Source: Klebsormidium nitens (taxonomy: Eukaryota > Plantae > Klebsormidiophyceae). From it: a stretch of DNA of 64,000 nucleotides. Of the stretch, positions 11,929-23,784 are shown piece after piece. The first letter of the stretch is position 1; each line of letters opens with the position of its first letter. The DNA lies in contig DF236988.1 of the NCBI GenBank assembly GCA_000708835.1, positions 186,001 to 250,000 on the forward strand. Reading direction: 5' to 3'. The notes under the pieces were generated by a model that did not search any database, was not told the DNA's origin, and saw only the letters and a list, made by a program, of their open reading frames with translations. Both the position numbers and the translations under genes were made by a program.

Positions 11929-14900
11929 TTACGACACACCTTTCACGGTCATGTGCCTGCTAGACGATGCCCGCGACAACATCCCCGCCTTTGCCGCCGC
12001 TTGCGGGGCAAGCTTGGCTCTAAATTGCTTTTCGAGGTGCTGGTATTCAGCTTCTTGTTTTTGGGCCGCCGTCGGGCCTTTGTCCGCACCAGGCGGCTCC
12101 GCCGGAGCCGTCGAGGCGCTCTCCTTCTCCTGTGGGCACGACGCACACCAACTTTCGCATCGCGGCAAATCGTTGAGAATGTCCTTTTGACTGGGGAGAT
12201 AACCCGGGCTTTCAGAACAAGTCGCAACGGACAGCCGAAGGAAGAAACTTCGCACCACGTTCAGTGAAAGTCATACTCTTCGTCCCCCGCGAGCGGCCCG
12301 CCACGGAAGTTGCAAGCCGCTTTATTGGATTCAGAAGGATACGTAAAGTGCAGAACATAGCCCTCGAGACCACTCCCGCAGGTCCGGAGTTGTCACGAAG
12401 AAGACAAATCGACGTTGATTCCAATCAAGTCCTCAACCAACCGTTGCTATCGCGAGTACATTCCTTGCAAGCAAGTGGTAAGTCGAACGTTCTTTGCTGC
12501 ATCGCACCCCCTCAGCGGTTGAGCAAGGGGCGAGCTCACCTTGAGTTCCGCCGCCTCGATCAGCGCCTGCCGCTGCTTCACCTCCGCCGTCCGATCCTTC
12601 TCCCGCTTCGAGATGTACTCCACGCATGCGTTTTCCCGGTCCAGGAAGTTTCTCATGCTTTGCTTCTGCATCATGGAAACGGAATGGTTCGCACGACGTC
12701 CAGATAAAGGTGGATACTGGCTAAAACAGCTCGTGTCTAGTTCCCCACCGTGGCTGCTTCGTCGAGAAACGGCGAGGGTCCCCTCAGTACGTCTTACGTC
12801 GATGGCCACATACATGGCGGACAACCAGCCACCTTTATTCCCCGACTGTCTCTATTCTGCAACGTTCGTGGGTCAAATCGAGGGCCGATTGAAGATTAGG
12901 TTCAACCCTAAAGGAGCGAACAAAAGCATGATGCGGAACAAGCAGCGTGGAACAAAACCACCCGAATCATCCGCAGAGTCGTTCCAAACCAAGAACCATG
13001 TCTGATGAATGACCGTGGTAAAGCATACGAAGAATGTGTTCATGAACATCAGAGTGTCATGAAAATCACGGAATCAGTGCGAGAAACGAGTACACCGCAA
13101 AAGGTTCAAGAGGATCCACTCGCCTTCTTGTGCAGCGGCCGCCGCAGGAACGTCCGCACTGGTCGCGTGTGCAAAAAGCTCAAAAACCAGGAAGCTTCCT
13201 TGAAACGAGTTCAAGGGCCAGAGAATTCGACGTTTAGAAAGAAAGAGAAACACAGAGACACTCGCCTCCTTATGCAGCGGCCGGCGCAGGCTGCGCGGGA
13301 TCTCCACAATTTTCGCGTATGCAAAACGCTCCAGAAAACCAAGAGGCTTCCCTGAAACACTGTTTATAATCAGCTGTTTTTGCCCTGAGACGCTGCTTAA
13401 AGTCAAAGTATTGGGAAGCCTGCGTGAGATGAAGAGATGCAAAGCGACTCGCCTCCTTATGCAGCGGCCGGCGCAGGCTGCGCGGGATCTCCACAATGTT
13501 CGCGTATGCAAAATGCTCCAGAAAACCAAGAGGCTTCCCTGAAACACTGCTTATAATCAGCTGTTTTGCCCGGAAACACTGCTTAAAGTCAAAGTATTGG
13601 GAAGTCTGCGTGAGATGAAGAGATACGGAGCCACTCGCCTCCTTATGCAGCGGCCGGCGCAGGCTGCGCAGAATGTCCAAATTGCAAAACATCGAAGAAA
13701 TAAAGACTTTCTAGAAATTCTTCTTAAAACACCGAGGTCTGATCCCTGTAAAGTCTAGAGCCGCTTGCCTCCTTGTGCAGCGGCCGGCGCAGGCTGCGCG
13801 GGATCTCCATGATGTGCAGGATACCCTGCGCGTCGCCCACGCCCAGCAGCTGCGGCGACGCCTGGTTCCAAAACTCGAGGCACGTGACCGCGGCCGCGCT
13901 CGCGGGGACCACCATGAACGGCTCGTTGCTGCGGTCCAGAAAGTCCCACACCTGGATGCTGCCGTCCTGTAACCGAGGGTTAAACAAGAGTTAGGTGAGG
14001 GTTAATAACAGTTGAAAAACGCGACGGGGGCCGCACTCGCGGAGACGAGGACGGCTCGTTGCTGCGGTCCAAAAAGTCCCAAACCTGGACGCTGCCGTCC
14101 TGTAACGGAGGTTTGAGCTGCGTTAGTTGAGGGTTATCAAAAGGTCAGATGCGATTGGAGAGTGCTTTGGTTGAGAGTTATTGTAAGATTGAGGACGATG
14201 AGGGCCGCTCGCGGGGACCACCATAAGAAAGCTTGTTGGGCGGTCTAGGAAGTCCCAAACCTGGATGTTGCCGTCCTGAAACCGAGGATTTAGGAGGGTT
14301 AGTTGAGGGTTCGTAAAAGTTCGAGTGGGATCAGGGGCCGCACTTGCGGGGAACACCATGAACGGCTCGTTGCTGCGGTCCAAGAAGTCCCACACCTAGA
14401 TGCTGCCGTCCTGTGATTGAAAGCCAGGCGAGGCGTAGGTGTGGATTATCACATATCGAGGCACGGGTCCGGGGCCCTGCTCGCGGGAAACCATCACGAA
14501 CGGCTAGCGGAGGTTTAAGTGGGCTGATTGGGGGGTTTCAAAGATTGAATGCGAATGATACGTGTTGATGTAGGTTAGCGGAGGATCTGATTGAGGTCAT
14601 GTAGAGAAGTAGGGTCGAGAGAATTCCACCACCTGGATGCTGCCGCCCCTAACGAGGGAAATAAGGACGTGAACGCGCGTTGAAAGTTCCGTTTCACCTG
14701 GTCAATTATCATGGGAGCTAACAACCTAAACTCCATGAAACTATCGAACATCCTTTCCGCGGAAACATCTGATGTGGATCATGAATAGTAGCTTCTGAAA
14801 CGTAGGACCCATAACTAGAATGTCGTAACTTTTTCGTAACTTTGCTCACCTGCAGCCCCAGGTAGATGACGGCCGGCCGCGAGGGGCTCCAGAGCGCGCA

Positions 14901-17900
14901 CGTGATGTACGCGTCCGCGCACGGCGACTCGAAGATCGGGCGCGCGCTGCCCTCGCGCCACAGCTTGAACGTCCAGTCGCCCACCGTCATGATGACGTCA
15001 TCGAACGCGGGCGAGCGCTGCAGCGCGCGCACGTGCCCGCAGTGCGCGTCGGCCGACGCACGCACGTAGTTGGGCGCCTCGCCGTGCTCCGGGGGGACCA
15101 GGGGGGACAGGTCCGCGAACACGACTTGGCCGTCCTGCGGGTTAAGCGGAATAGCTGAAATAAGGGTTGAGGACCAGTCGACAAGATTTATAAGCGGGTC
15201 GAAGATGGCTTAAGCAGGTTCAGGACCAGTCGATAAGGGTTTTGAAGGGATTGAAGATGGATGTAAGAGCGGGTTAGAAGGTCTTCTTGAACCGACCAAG
15301 TGTGATATATCCTTTGGGTCGTCGAAATGAATCTCAAAGGCTGCGACTACATGTAGCAAGGCAGGCGACTGTGAATCTCACAGCGGTCGACTTGTGTTCG
15401 CCACGAACCCACGGTCTGCACTTTCGGAGGGGTGTTATTGGACACCGACGAATTGGGGCAGCTATTTACTGTGGCCGCCCAGACACTACTGTTCTGTCTT
15501 CAGCTTTCATGGACAGTGCAAATAACCACTTTCCGCAGCTTTAGTACATTTTGGAACGGCGGAAACTCCTCGGTCTTGAAGCCGCCGTAGCATAAGATCC
15601 GAGCCTGGTTGATCCGGAGAAAGATAAAAAACACGGTCTACAAGCCGATATTGAAGCACCGTTGGGCCTCTTGTAGAATTAGTGCGAATGTACTTAGGTT
15701 TTAAATTGTCAAGAAATGGTGGTAGGCACAAGTCCACGCGAATTGGGCGCTAACAGCTGTAAAATATCCCCTGCACACCGCCTCATGCCTTTGAAACGCA
15801 CGACCTGTAAGAGAAGCATCCACAGCCGGTCCCTCACCTCCGCCCCACAGACAAATTGCGTGCTCCCCGACGCCAGCCGCGACAGCTCGACCCGCACGCC
15901 CCCCAGTTGCCCGGACCCCTCCACCCGGTTCATCCGGATCTCGAACACCGGGCTCCACGTCCACTCTTCTACTGCTGGGGCCGCTGGACCCCGGGGGGCC
16001 GTCGCGGTCGCCTTTGGGGGAGTGCTTCGGCGGTCCGGCTTTATTCGGACGTCCCAAAAGAGCAGCTGCAGGGGAAAGAGTAATGTATCAGCTCATGTGA
16101 AGAACGAGAAACTGGGACGGGCAGCGGGAGGGCCTGAGGAGCTTCGGGGGAATGGGACTGAGTGGTGAGATGCACAGGAAGAATTTTCAGCCGCTTCCGG
16201 TTGTTAAACGGCGAGAATGATAGCTGCTTTTGTCGAAAATCTTCGGATACTGACAAAAGTAACTTCAGACGTGCGTTAAGATCGCTTCCGGTCCAGTAAC
16301 TTTTTCCAAAAGCCTCTGGAAGGTCTCTGAGATAGACACGATCGAAGGAAAGGAGACACAGTCGGATTAGGAGAATGAATGCAAGCGACAGAACCACGGA
16401 TACGAAAGCAAACCGGATTATCGTTCAGTGCGAGGTTGCCTTTAACTTTCTCGTAGCAATAGACTTAGTTCGCAGAGCACCATTTGACGTGCTAACCGAG
16501 CTCGACAAATACGACCAAGCCGTTCGCCGCTGCTTGGAGAGATGAAGCAGGCAGCTCATAGAGAATGCCAGAGCAGTGGAACTTGCCAATCTCTGAAATC
16601 CGACCTCGCGTTCTGGCCGCAGAAGCGAATGCTCCTCATCGGCCCCACATCGCCTCAAACGGGCAATTTCGATCCACGTTCTGTAAGCTTGGTTCTCCAT
16701 AAAGTCGGCCAATCCAAACAAAAAGGTTCGGTTCTAACCCGGCCGTCTGGCGCTATCGTTCCAAACACGTTCGTCTCCCCGGCCTTGTTCACCGACACTT
16801 TTCCCCGGGCGTCCACTTCGGTGTGCCCGGGGAGCCAGTGTAAATCGGCGACCGGCAGCGCGTGGCTCGCGTCCAGGCTGCTCAGCATTAAATGCTTCAC
16901 GACCGGCACGTGCGAGCCGTCGCGCTCCGCGCGGTCCTCGTCGTCGCCCCCGCGCTTCTCCTTGCGGAACACCTGCTCCTGGATCGACGCCGTGTCCCAC
17001 GCGATCACCTGCGCGCACGCGCATGTTTTTACGCTATTGGAATTCTGGTACTGAGGTTCGAAAGTTGTGTGAACTGGATGAAGTTGAGAGGCGTCTGGAG
17101 AAAATGAAGTTTCTAAAAATTGGGAATCGGTAGGCTCTGCTTGTCGCGAACATGAGAAATTTGTGACCGCTGGTGATGCAATCCCAAGGAACGTCGTCGT
17201 GTGTCTCTCCTCATCGTAACTCTCCTTAACGAGAGGAACTGATTCCGGCCTTACGAAAATGCAGAGTCGGCGATCCAGATTGAGATTTTGAAGCGCCGGG
17301 CGGACTGCTTCTGCCCTCACCTGACCGTTATAGCAGCCGCCGGCGATGAGGTCCGGCTTGGAGGGGTTGAAGCGGAAGGTGAGGACGTCCGAGGGAGACT
17401 CTAGGACAAACTGCAAACACACAGACGGCGTTTTGGAGGGTCTCAAAAGCTGGGGTTAGTTTCTGAAAGGAATGTTTCGAAGGACCTGCAGGCCTTTCAG
17501 ATAAGTGAGAAGCGGAAGGGACAAGTTTAAGAATCTGGAGACACAGGAGCAACCAGGAGACCGCTGGAGTCGGTGGAGAGTGCAACTGAAAAGTCGGAAG
17601 ATGTTTCGCAGGCCTAGTTCGCTTCTTTGCTTGACCAGCTGATACAGATCGCGTTGAGTCGCCTCAAGGAAGATAAGCTTCGGCTAACGGTTATTGTAGC
17701 TCTGATGCTTCGACAAGGGTCTCAGACACAATGACTGTTCAATAATTGAAACTCAGAAGTATCATCGTTCAGACAGGTGAAACCTACCTCAGCAATTAGG
17801 CATCATCTGCTGAACAGATTCGGTAGGATCTTGCGTAACGTCAGAACGGATCAAAACAATCCTATCTACGGCGCCAGCGGGTGCGGTGCACCGCCGCAGG

Positions 17901-20900
17901 ACTTACCAGAAAATTTGCTCTCACTGTCTGGGGTCACTTTGAAGCAAAAGTTTGATATAGGGCGTCGTGAGGCTTCGTAAACAACTCTGCTGCGTCAGTG
18001 GAGCAGTTTCTCCTACCTGGGGGTGGATGGGGTCGGTGAAGTTCCAGACGAGGACCGCTGACGTGTGCACGCGCCCGGAGGTTTCGACGCGCTCTGCGAA
18101 GGAGGCGGGCTCCGCGGCCGCGACCGCGATGACGCCCTTGCGGTTGGGCAGCCAGTCAATAGCAGATACGACGCGACCTTTGTTGTACACGAGGTCCGTG
18201 AACGACTGGTACTCCTGCAAAGGAACGTGCAAATCCAAGTCAAAATCTGCTTTGCCTTCTTGCTAATCACTTCTGTGCGCAGCGAATGATCCGCCCCTGC
18301 TGGAGACGAGATCCGTGAAATGACCATACTCCTGAGAGACGAGAGGGGTTTGCGGTTGGTGCTTGTCGTGATTCCTCGCGCTTTCAACTTCCTGTGCAGA
18401 CGTGCGGATTTTGTTCTCTATGCGAACTTGCAGCGGGCGTCTTGCCAGGATTGCCCTCAAGTGCTGGATCTATAGGAAGAGCAATCTGATGGCGGTGAAC
18501 GAGATGCAGACTCGCGGAGATGAAACATTTGTAGCCGTGTGGGCCCGCTGGCAATCCTCGCCCCTCGGTAAAAGTACTTAAGTAATTGGCAACTTCGGAC
18601 AACTTCTAAAGATTGCACGAAACCATCGCTCATGCGGTTGCTCATGTTTCCTTTAATGCCTCCTCTTGGATGCCCGCCTGTACTTCTTAAGCTTAGCTTT
18701 CGCTACACTCTCCGTCAAGCCTGACGCCACGACTCCTCTTTCTTGTCCCCCTGTTGCTCTCTTAACTTACAAACCCTCTGTCACGCCGGTTGGTAAGATG
18801 TATAGGGTTAACACCGCAACTCTCCACGCATATCTTAACTTCCTGGATGCTCCCCCTCACCGTCATTGCACAATTGCTTTCGCTATCCTGCGCTCTTCTC
18901 TTGACTACGCAACTTATCTCGAGATCTGTTTTTTTGACGCTCGCTCCTGATCCTGCACCTCATCCAAGATATCTCTGCTGCTCGTGCTACCGACTGCTCC
19001 CTCTTGCTTCAGTCAACGAATCACAACCCTTAAACAAACACCTCTCTTCCTAACACACCCCTCCACCTCCTCATCATGATAGAGTTGTTGCACGGTGACG
19101 CTGCCTTGCCTCTGTGACGCCCAACCAAGACAAACGTCAGATCACCTTCTTATAACACTTCTCGTACCTGCCCCCTTCACCGCGCGTCAGCAAAGACCAT
19201 TCCTGCTCACCGTGATGGCACTGTTGCTCTTGCTGCTGCCCGCCCCCCCCTCGTCGTCCGCCAGGTTCGCAAACTCGTCCTCAAAGATGTCCAGCACCTC
19301 GTTCTGCTGCAGCGCCAGCTCGTACCGCGGCGTCACCGCCCCCAGAAAGTCGCGCATCGCGCCGCTGCCCGCCAGCCGCTGCTTCGCCACCGAGTCCAGG
19401 TCGTGCGGCGCGTACTGCACCGCGCGGTTCTGCAGCCGGACCCTGTGGAAAAAGGGAGATGACGTCAGCGCAGGGTTTCGGAAGGGGTGCGACGTATCTA
19501 GCCACGCTTCAGTCTGCACCACATCCGACAGCCGCTGCTTCGCCACCGCGTCCAGGTCGTGCGGCGCGTACTGCACCGCGAGGTTCTGCAGCCGGACCCT
19601 GCGGGAAAAGGAGATGACGTCAGGCGACGTCAGCGAGAGTACTTCTGCAGGAAGGTGACGTGAGAAGCAAAGCTTTGGTGTGCAGCGCACTCGCCAGTCG
19701 CTCCTTCGCCACTGCATCCAGGTAATGTGGCGCATACTGCACCGCGCGGTTCTGCAGCCGGACCCTGCGAGAGAAAAGGTTGGGTGACGTCAGCAGGACG
19801 TCAGGAGCACGGGTGTTTCTGCAGGAAGGTGACGTGATAAGCAAAGCTTTGGCGTGCAGCACATCCGCCAGCCGCTGCTTCGCCACCGCGTCCAGGTCGT
19901 GCGGCGCGAACTGCACCGCGCGCAGTTCTGGAGCCGGACCATGCGGAAGGAGGTGACGTCAGCAGGATACTTCTGCAGAAAGAACTGCCCCTGCTGGTGG
20001 TAACCAAAAGCTTTGGTGTGCAACCGCTGCTTCGCCACCGCGTCCAACTTGCGGGACGCGCACTGCACCACGCGGTGTTGGAGCCGGAAGTCGAGATATC
20101 GTCAGTCCGGGTCTTGGCAAGTGCGGGTTAACTTTCCTATGAGGGTCATGTGGTAAAAGACGGCCTTATTGCGGGGCTTGTTGCACCGGCTGCATGCGCT
20201 TCTGCGGCCCCGATGTGACGGATATGTCCAAGCGTACTTGGTCACGTGTTACCAGCCCAGACCTCTCCCAGAGCAATCCACTGGCCCTTGCCAAAAGCCG
20301 CCACGTGTCATGTCACCCCCGCCAAACGTGGCCCTCACCTATTGGTCTGCGCTGCGGCTTCTTGCACGGCGGGGATCGCCTGCGTGCCCTTATCGTGCTC
20401 CATGCGCCGTTTGGTAAACGTAGCGTCCTTGTACGGACGGCACTCCATGTGGCTCGAGTTCCACAGCTCGTGCGCGTCCTTGTCCGACAGCCGCGCCGGG
20501 CGTCCAAATTCTCGCCGTTTCCGTGAGATGAGCATGTCGATCTGCATCACCGAATGATAGGGACGGTTTGAGATCACACCGGAGGAGTTTTGGGTGGGAG
20601 TGTCCAACCCGCTTGAGGAGAAACTGAAACTGAAGGCAACGGAATGAGCACAGCAGCTAGTACAGACGGACGAGAGGATGTTGCACTGTTCAAGGCGTTA
20701 GGAGAGCCCCCGGTAAATAAACCCGATCAAGGTTGTTGAGCCCGACTTTTTCAACTCAAACCCGCGATTTTCCTCCCGCAGTTTGTATAATCCAATGGTG
20801 GTTAAGCGGGAATCCGAATCGTGTCAAACGCCATAAAGATTCCATGAGTGGTCACAACTTTGTAGCGGTTGAACCATCAAACTGTCCAACCACCAGTCAC

Positions 20901-22451
20901 TTCGAGCTACGGACGTGTCTATCAGAGTTGTTTCCATCACCAAAAAGAAAGCAGACGCCGCATCCTACCTGGTCCCTGGTTGGTTGCACCGCTTCCTCTG
21001 CTATGTCCTGCTCGCTGCCCAGGCTTGTCCATGGCTTGGACAAGACCTTCTTCTTCTTCTTGCCTGCCTTTTCTTCCTCCAAATTTGCCGCCTCTGCCGC
21101 AGCGGCTGCGGCCAACCTTTCAGCCAGCTCCTGTGGAGAGACAAGGTGCATATTAACAGCAAAGATTGAGACGGTCTCCCTAAAGCGAGTGGTCATACAA
21201 TGTGCTTGACGAAATCCCTGAGACCGCATGTTCAAAGGTCGATCTAACAGCTAAGAAGTCTGGGATGTTCATACCTAGGCTTTCCTTGCAGCTATTAATG
21301 GTGTGCCCTGGCTTACCAGTTCCGATTACCAGATACTGCTGTCCTTCGCAATGCACAAGCACGGTGTTCGACGGTGCGTTGCCTTGTGTTCCTTATCTAT
21401 GCCTTTTTCAGCTGCCCCACTGAATCTGGTGATTTTGCACAGTGTCTGAAGCGCTTTTGTGATAGAAAGAAATGGAGAACGAAAAGAAAGGAGGAAGCTG
21501 GGGCTCACGTTTTCCAATGCAGCCTTTGTCTCTGCCGTTGTGCACACCTCAAAGTTATTGCCATCCCCATATCTGTCATCCCCATTGTATCGGAGAAGGA
21601 CGCTTTCTCCAACATAATTCTGCATGAAAGATAGAATCAGAAGAATGTAGTTGCTAGAGGAAGAACCGATTCCACAGCACATCCTTCCATTTCAAAACTG
21701 CACTGGATAAGTGCATATTGGTGGTGTCACCTTGAAATGCATTCTGAGTTGCCCTTATTTTGTCAATTGTACGGAAACTGTTGGTCTGACCAAATGCATA
21801 TGATGCAGTTCTTCGTTGCCTTCATCGAATGGGGCTTCAGGTATCACCACTTTTGCTTTCTGCTTGTTGCCACATGCACTTTTTGTTGAACTTGTGTCTG
21901 CATGATTTCCCTCTCCGTGTTCGCCCCTCCTTCATTCAACGAGAGGTGGTAAAAGATGAGCCAGAGCACATAACTCCCACCTTCAGCTTCTCCCTAATTG
22001 GGTGGAAGTCAGAGATCGCGCCCCTGAACTGGATGTCGTCTAGCAGCACTTTAAGTGGGAGCTCCTTCAGGGCATCCGAGCCTAGTTCTCCCTCCAAACC
22101 AATGATCTTCAACGTGGTCCCTGTCAAGAACAAGCTCTCCACTCCCGCGACCGGCTTTGGTCTCTCCACCAGACTGTCTAGCGACACCCCATTCTCCTGT
22201 GACACCCTAGTGGCCCCCTTGGAACCCTTCTCCCGGCTGCTTGGCCTGCCTTTCCCCAAAGTCGATGGCCGTCTTGACGGCGTCCCGTTGAGCGACTCTC
22301 TCAGCCCCGACGCGCGCTTTACCGAACCGTTGCTAGAAGGCCTGCTCATATTCTTGCTGGATGGCCTGCTTTTCAACTCTGCCGGCCCCTTGCCTGGAGA
22401 GCTGGACCGCGCTCCGGTGGCGGCCACAGGCTCTGCCATGGCCTCAACCAT
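11929..22451 (-). CDS. DNAI3: Axonemal inner-arm dynein I1/f WD-repeat intermediate chain (WDR63/IC140 family), 13 exons, ~924 aa
   Basis: Exons (minus): 22451-21981, 21619-21509, 21130-20969, 20541-20339, 19442-19211, 18214-18017, 17410-17321, 17008-16739, 16065-15838, 15134-14850, 13966-13769, 12665-12540, 12129-11929; phases are consistent. Family motifs LFLTGTT..DDIQFRGAISDFHP, KPWTSLGSEQDI, ISRKRREFG, ALQQNEVLDIF, GSIQVWDFLDRS, LHIMEIPRSL. Start codon tentative. Confidence 0.9.
13110..13700 (-). repeat. Donor-side echo array: 4 copies of the 3' end of exon 13966-13769 plus its GC donor
   Basis: EIPRSLRRPLHKE-like coding sequence followed by GCGAGT ends at 13639, 13453, 13266 and 13124. 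Spacings from the true end at 13769 are 130, 186, 187 and 142 bp. The two middle units are nearly identical including intron sequence. Confidence 0.9.
14025..14660 (-). repeat. Acceptor-side echo array: 3 clear and 2 partial copies of the acceptor plus 5' end of exon 13966-13769
   Basis: (AG)GACGGCAGCATCCAGGTGTGGGAC... (DGSIQVWDFLDRSNEPFMV) recurs at 14099, 14275 and 14410, with partial copies at ~14470-14510 and ~14648. Copies carry an indel or a CAG>TAG stop. Confidence 0.88.
18265..18345 (-). repeat. Single decayed acceptor echo of exon 18214-18017
   Basis: cag|EYGHFTDLVSSRG at 18331 versus true cag|EYQSFTDLVYNKG at 18214 (117 bp apart); in-frame stop follows. Confidence 0.7.
19460..20095 (-). 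repeat. Acceptor-side echo array: 4 copies of the acceptor plus 5' end of exon 19442-19211
   Basis: RVRLQNRAVQYAPHDLDAVAKQRL-like units start at 19598, 19764, 19940 (AG mutated to AT) and ~20089; spacings 156, 166, 176 and ~150 bp. Confidence 0.92.
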
Positions 22452-23784
22452 TGCTTACTCTCTTGGGGCCCAGTTACCGGCAGACAATTCGAGTTCTCCC
22501 TTTTGTTGTCGGTGCTCGTATTTTCTTCAAATAGATCATTCTTGCGGAGGTTTCTTAGATCCGATTCCTAGCAGCTGCGAACAAAATTTACCAACTTGAA
22601 TTGGTCATGAAGCTGATAGGCAGCTCGGACACTGTTTGCCTTGTAACTTGGCTCTTGTAAGCTTTCTCGTTTGTGCAAATTAGAGCTCAGACGGCCTCTT
22701 AAGCTGCTTCTGCTGTACCATAATTTGTGGAAAATTGTTGGAACTCCTGAACAGAGCCGCAGTAGTTCCGATTGCCCTTCTAACGAAAGAGCCACAGTGC
22801 ACATGGACGGTAAGCTAGAAGGTTCCAAAATACAATACTGACGCTGTGGTTTTGACGATTCTGAGATGCAGCACCCCTGACCACCAGAATGCGCGTTAAT
22901 CAGTAACCGAGCTTCAGAATGTTCTCCACTGTCCAAGTACTGGCCTTGCTGATACGTTCAAGGGAAGAGAATCAGTCGTCAGCTAGGTTCTTCTACCACC
23001 CGCCGCCGCAGATGGAGAGAACATGCGCTGATTTGTCTCCCTTTTTCCTTGTTAACCACCTGCAGTAATATTCTACTCGGATGCTACTCTTCTCCGTGCC
23101 ATGCTGCACTGGTTACATATCTTACTACAAACGGTGGACAGCCATTTAAGAGCTTTTCGAAACTCGCGGGCGCCATGATGCTTGATGGACACAGACCGCG
23201 ACGACTTCTTGGGCTGGAAAAGCAATGATCACCACTTGATCACCAAAGCTAGCTCGGCGGAGGCCCAGAGACTTTCTTCACAGAATACCGTACGTAGCTA
23301 TCACTGTACCAGTGCATCAGGCCCATCTATGTAAGCACGGCCCGCTCTGAGCCTCTGAAGCTAAGCTCAGGCCAGGAAAGAAGAGAACAGCTCATGCACT
23401 GGTTGTTGAGTGCATGTGCCTCCAACCAACTTCTTTCCACCATAGTGCCTGCTCGCGCACGACAGATCGAGCGGTCCCGTACGTCGATTGCCATAGTCTA
23501 CGGCTCGATGGCGCCTATCCAAATATCACATGTGAGAATCTCAGATTCCGGTGCTGACGTCATGCACCTGAGGCGCAGCTCAGCATCATGCATGCGATAT
23601 CTAGCTTGCGCTGATCATTCTTCCGCAAACGAAGCTGCACCTTGAGGCTTGATCGTTGTTCACCTTCCTTGAAGTTGAGCTGATTGTATCGCCATCATTT
23701 GGCGAAAGCCTTGAAGAATTGGCTTTTATCAGGAGCGTAGAAGCCGGCGCAAAGCAGAGACGCCGTTCCCTTCATCATTTCACA

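Noticed and set aside
13975-14330. Telomere-like AGGGTT/TTAGG motifs
   Set aside because: Irregular and not tandem; explained as duplicated C-rich tract and CTAAC branch-point sequence on the sense (minus) strand.
13110-20095. CRISPR-like repeat-spacer arrays
   Set aside because: The repeats are copies of host exon ends inside introns, the spacers are homologous to each other, the context is eukaryotic and no cas genes are present.
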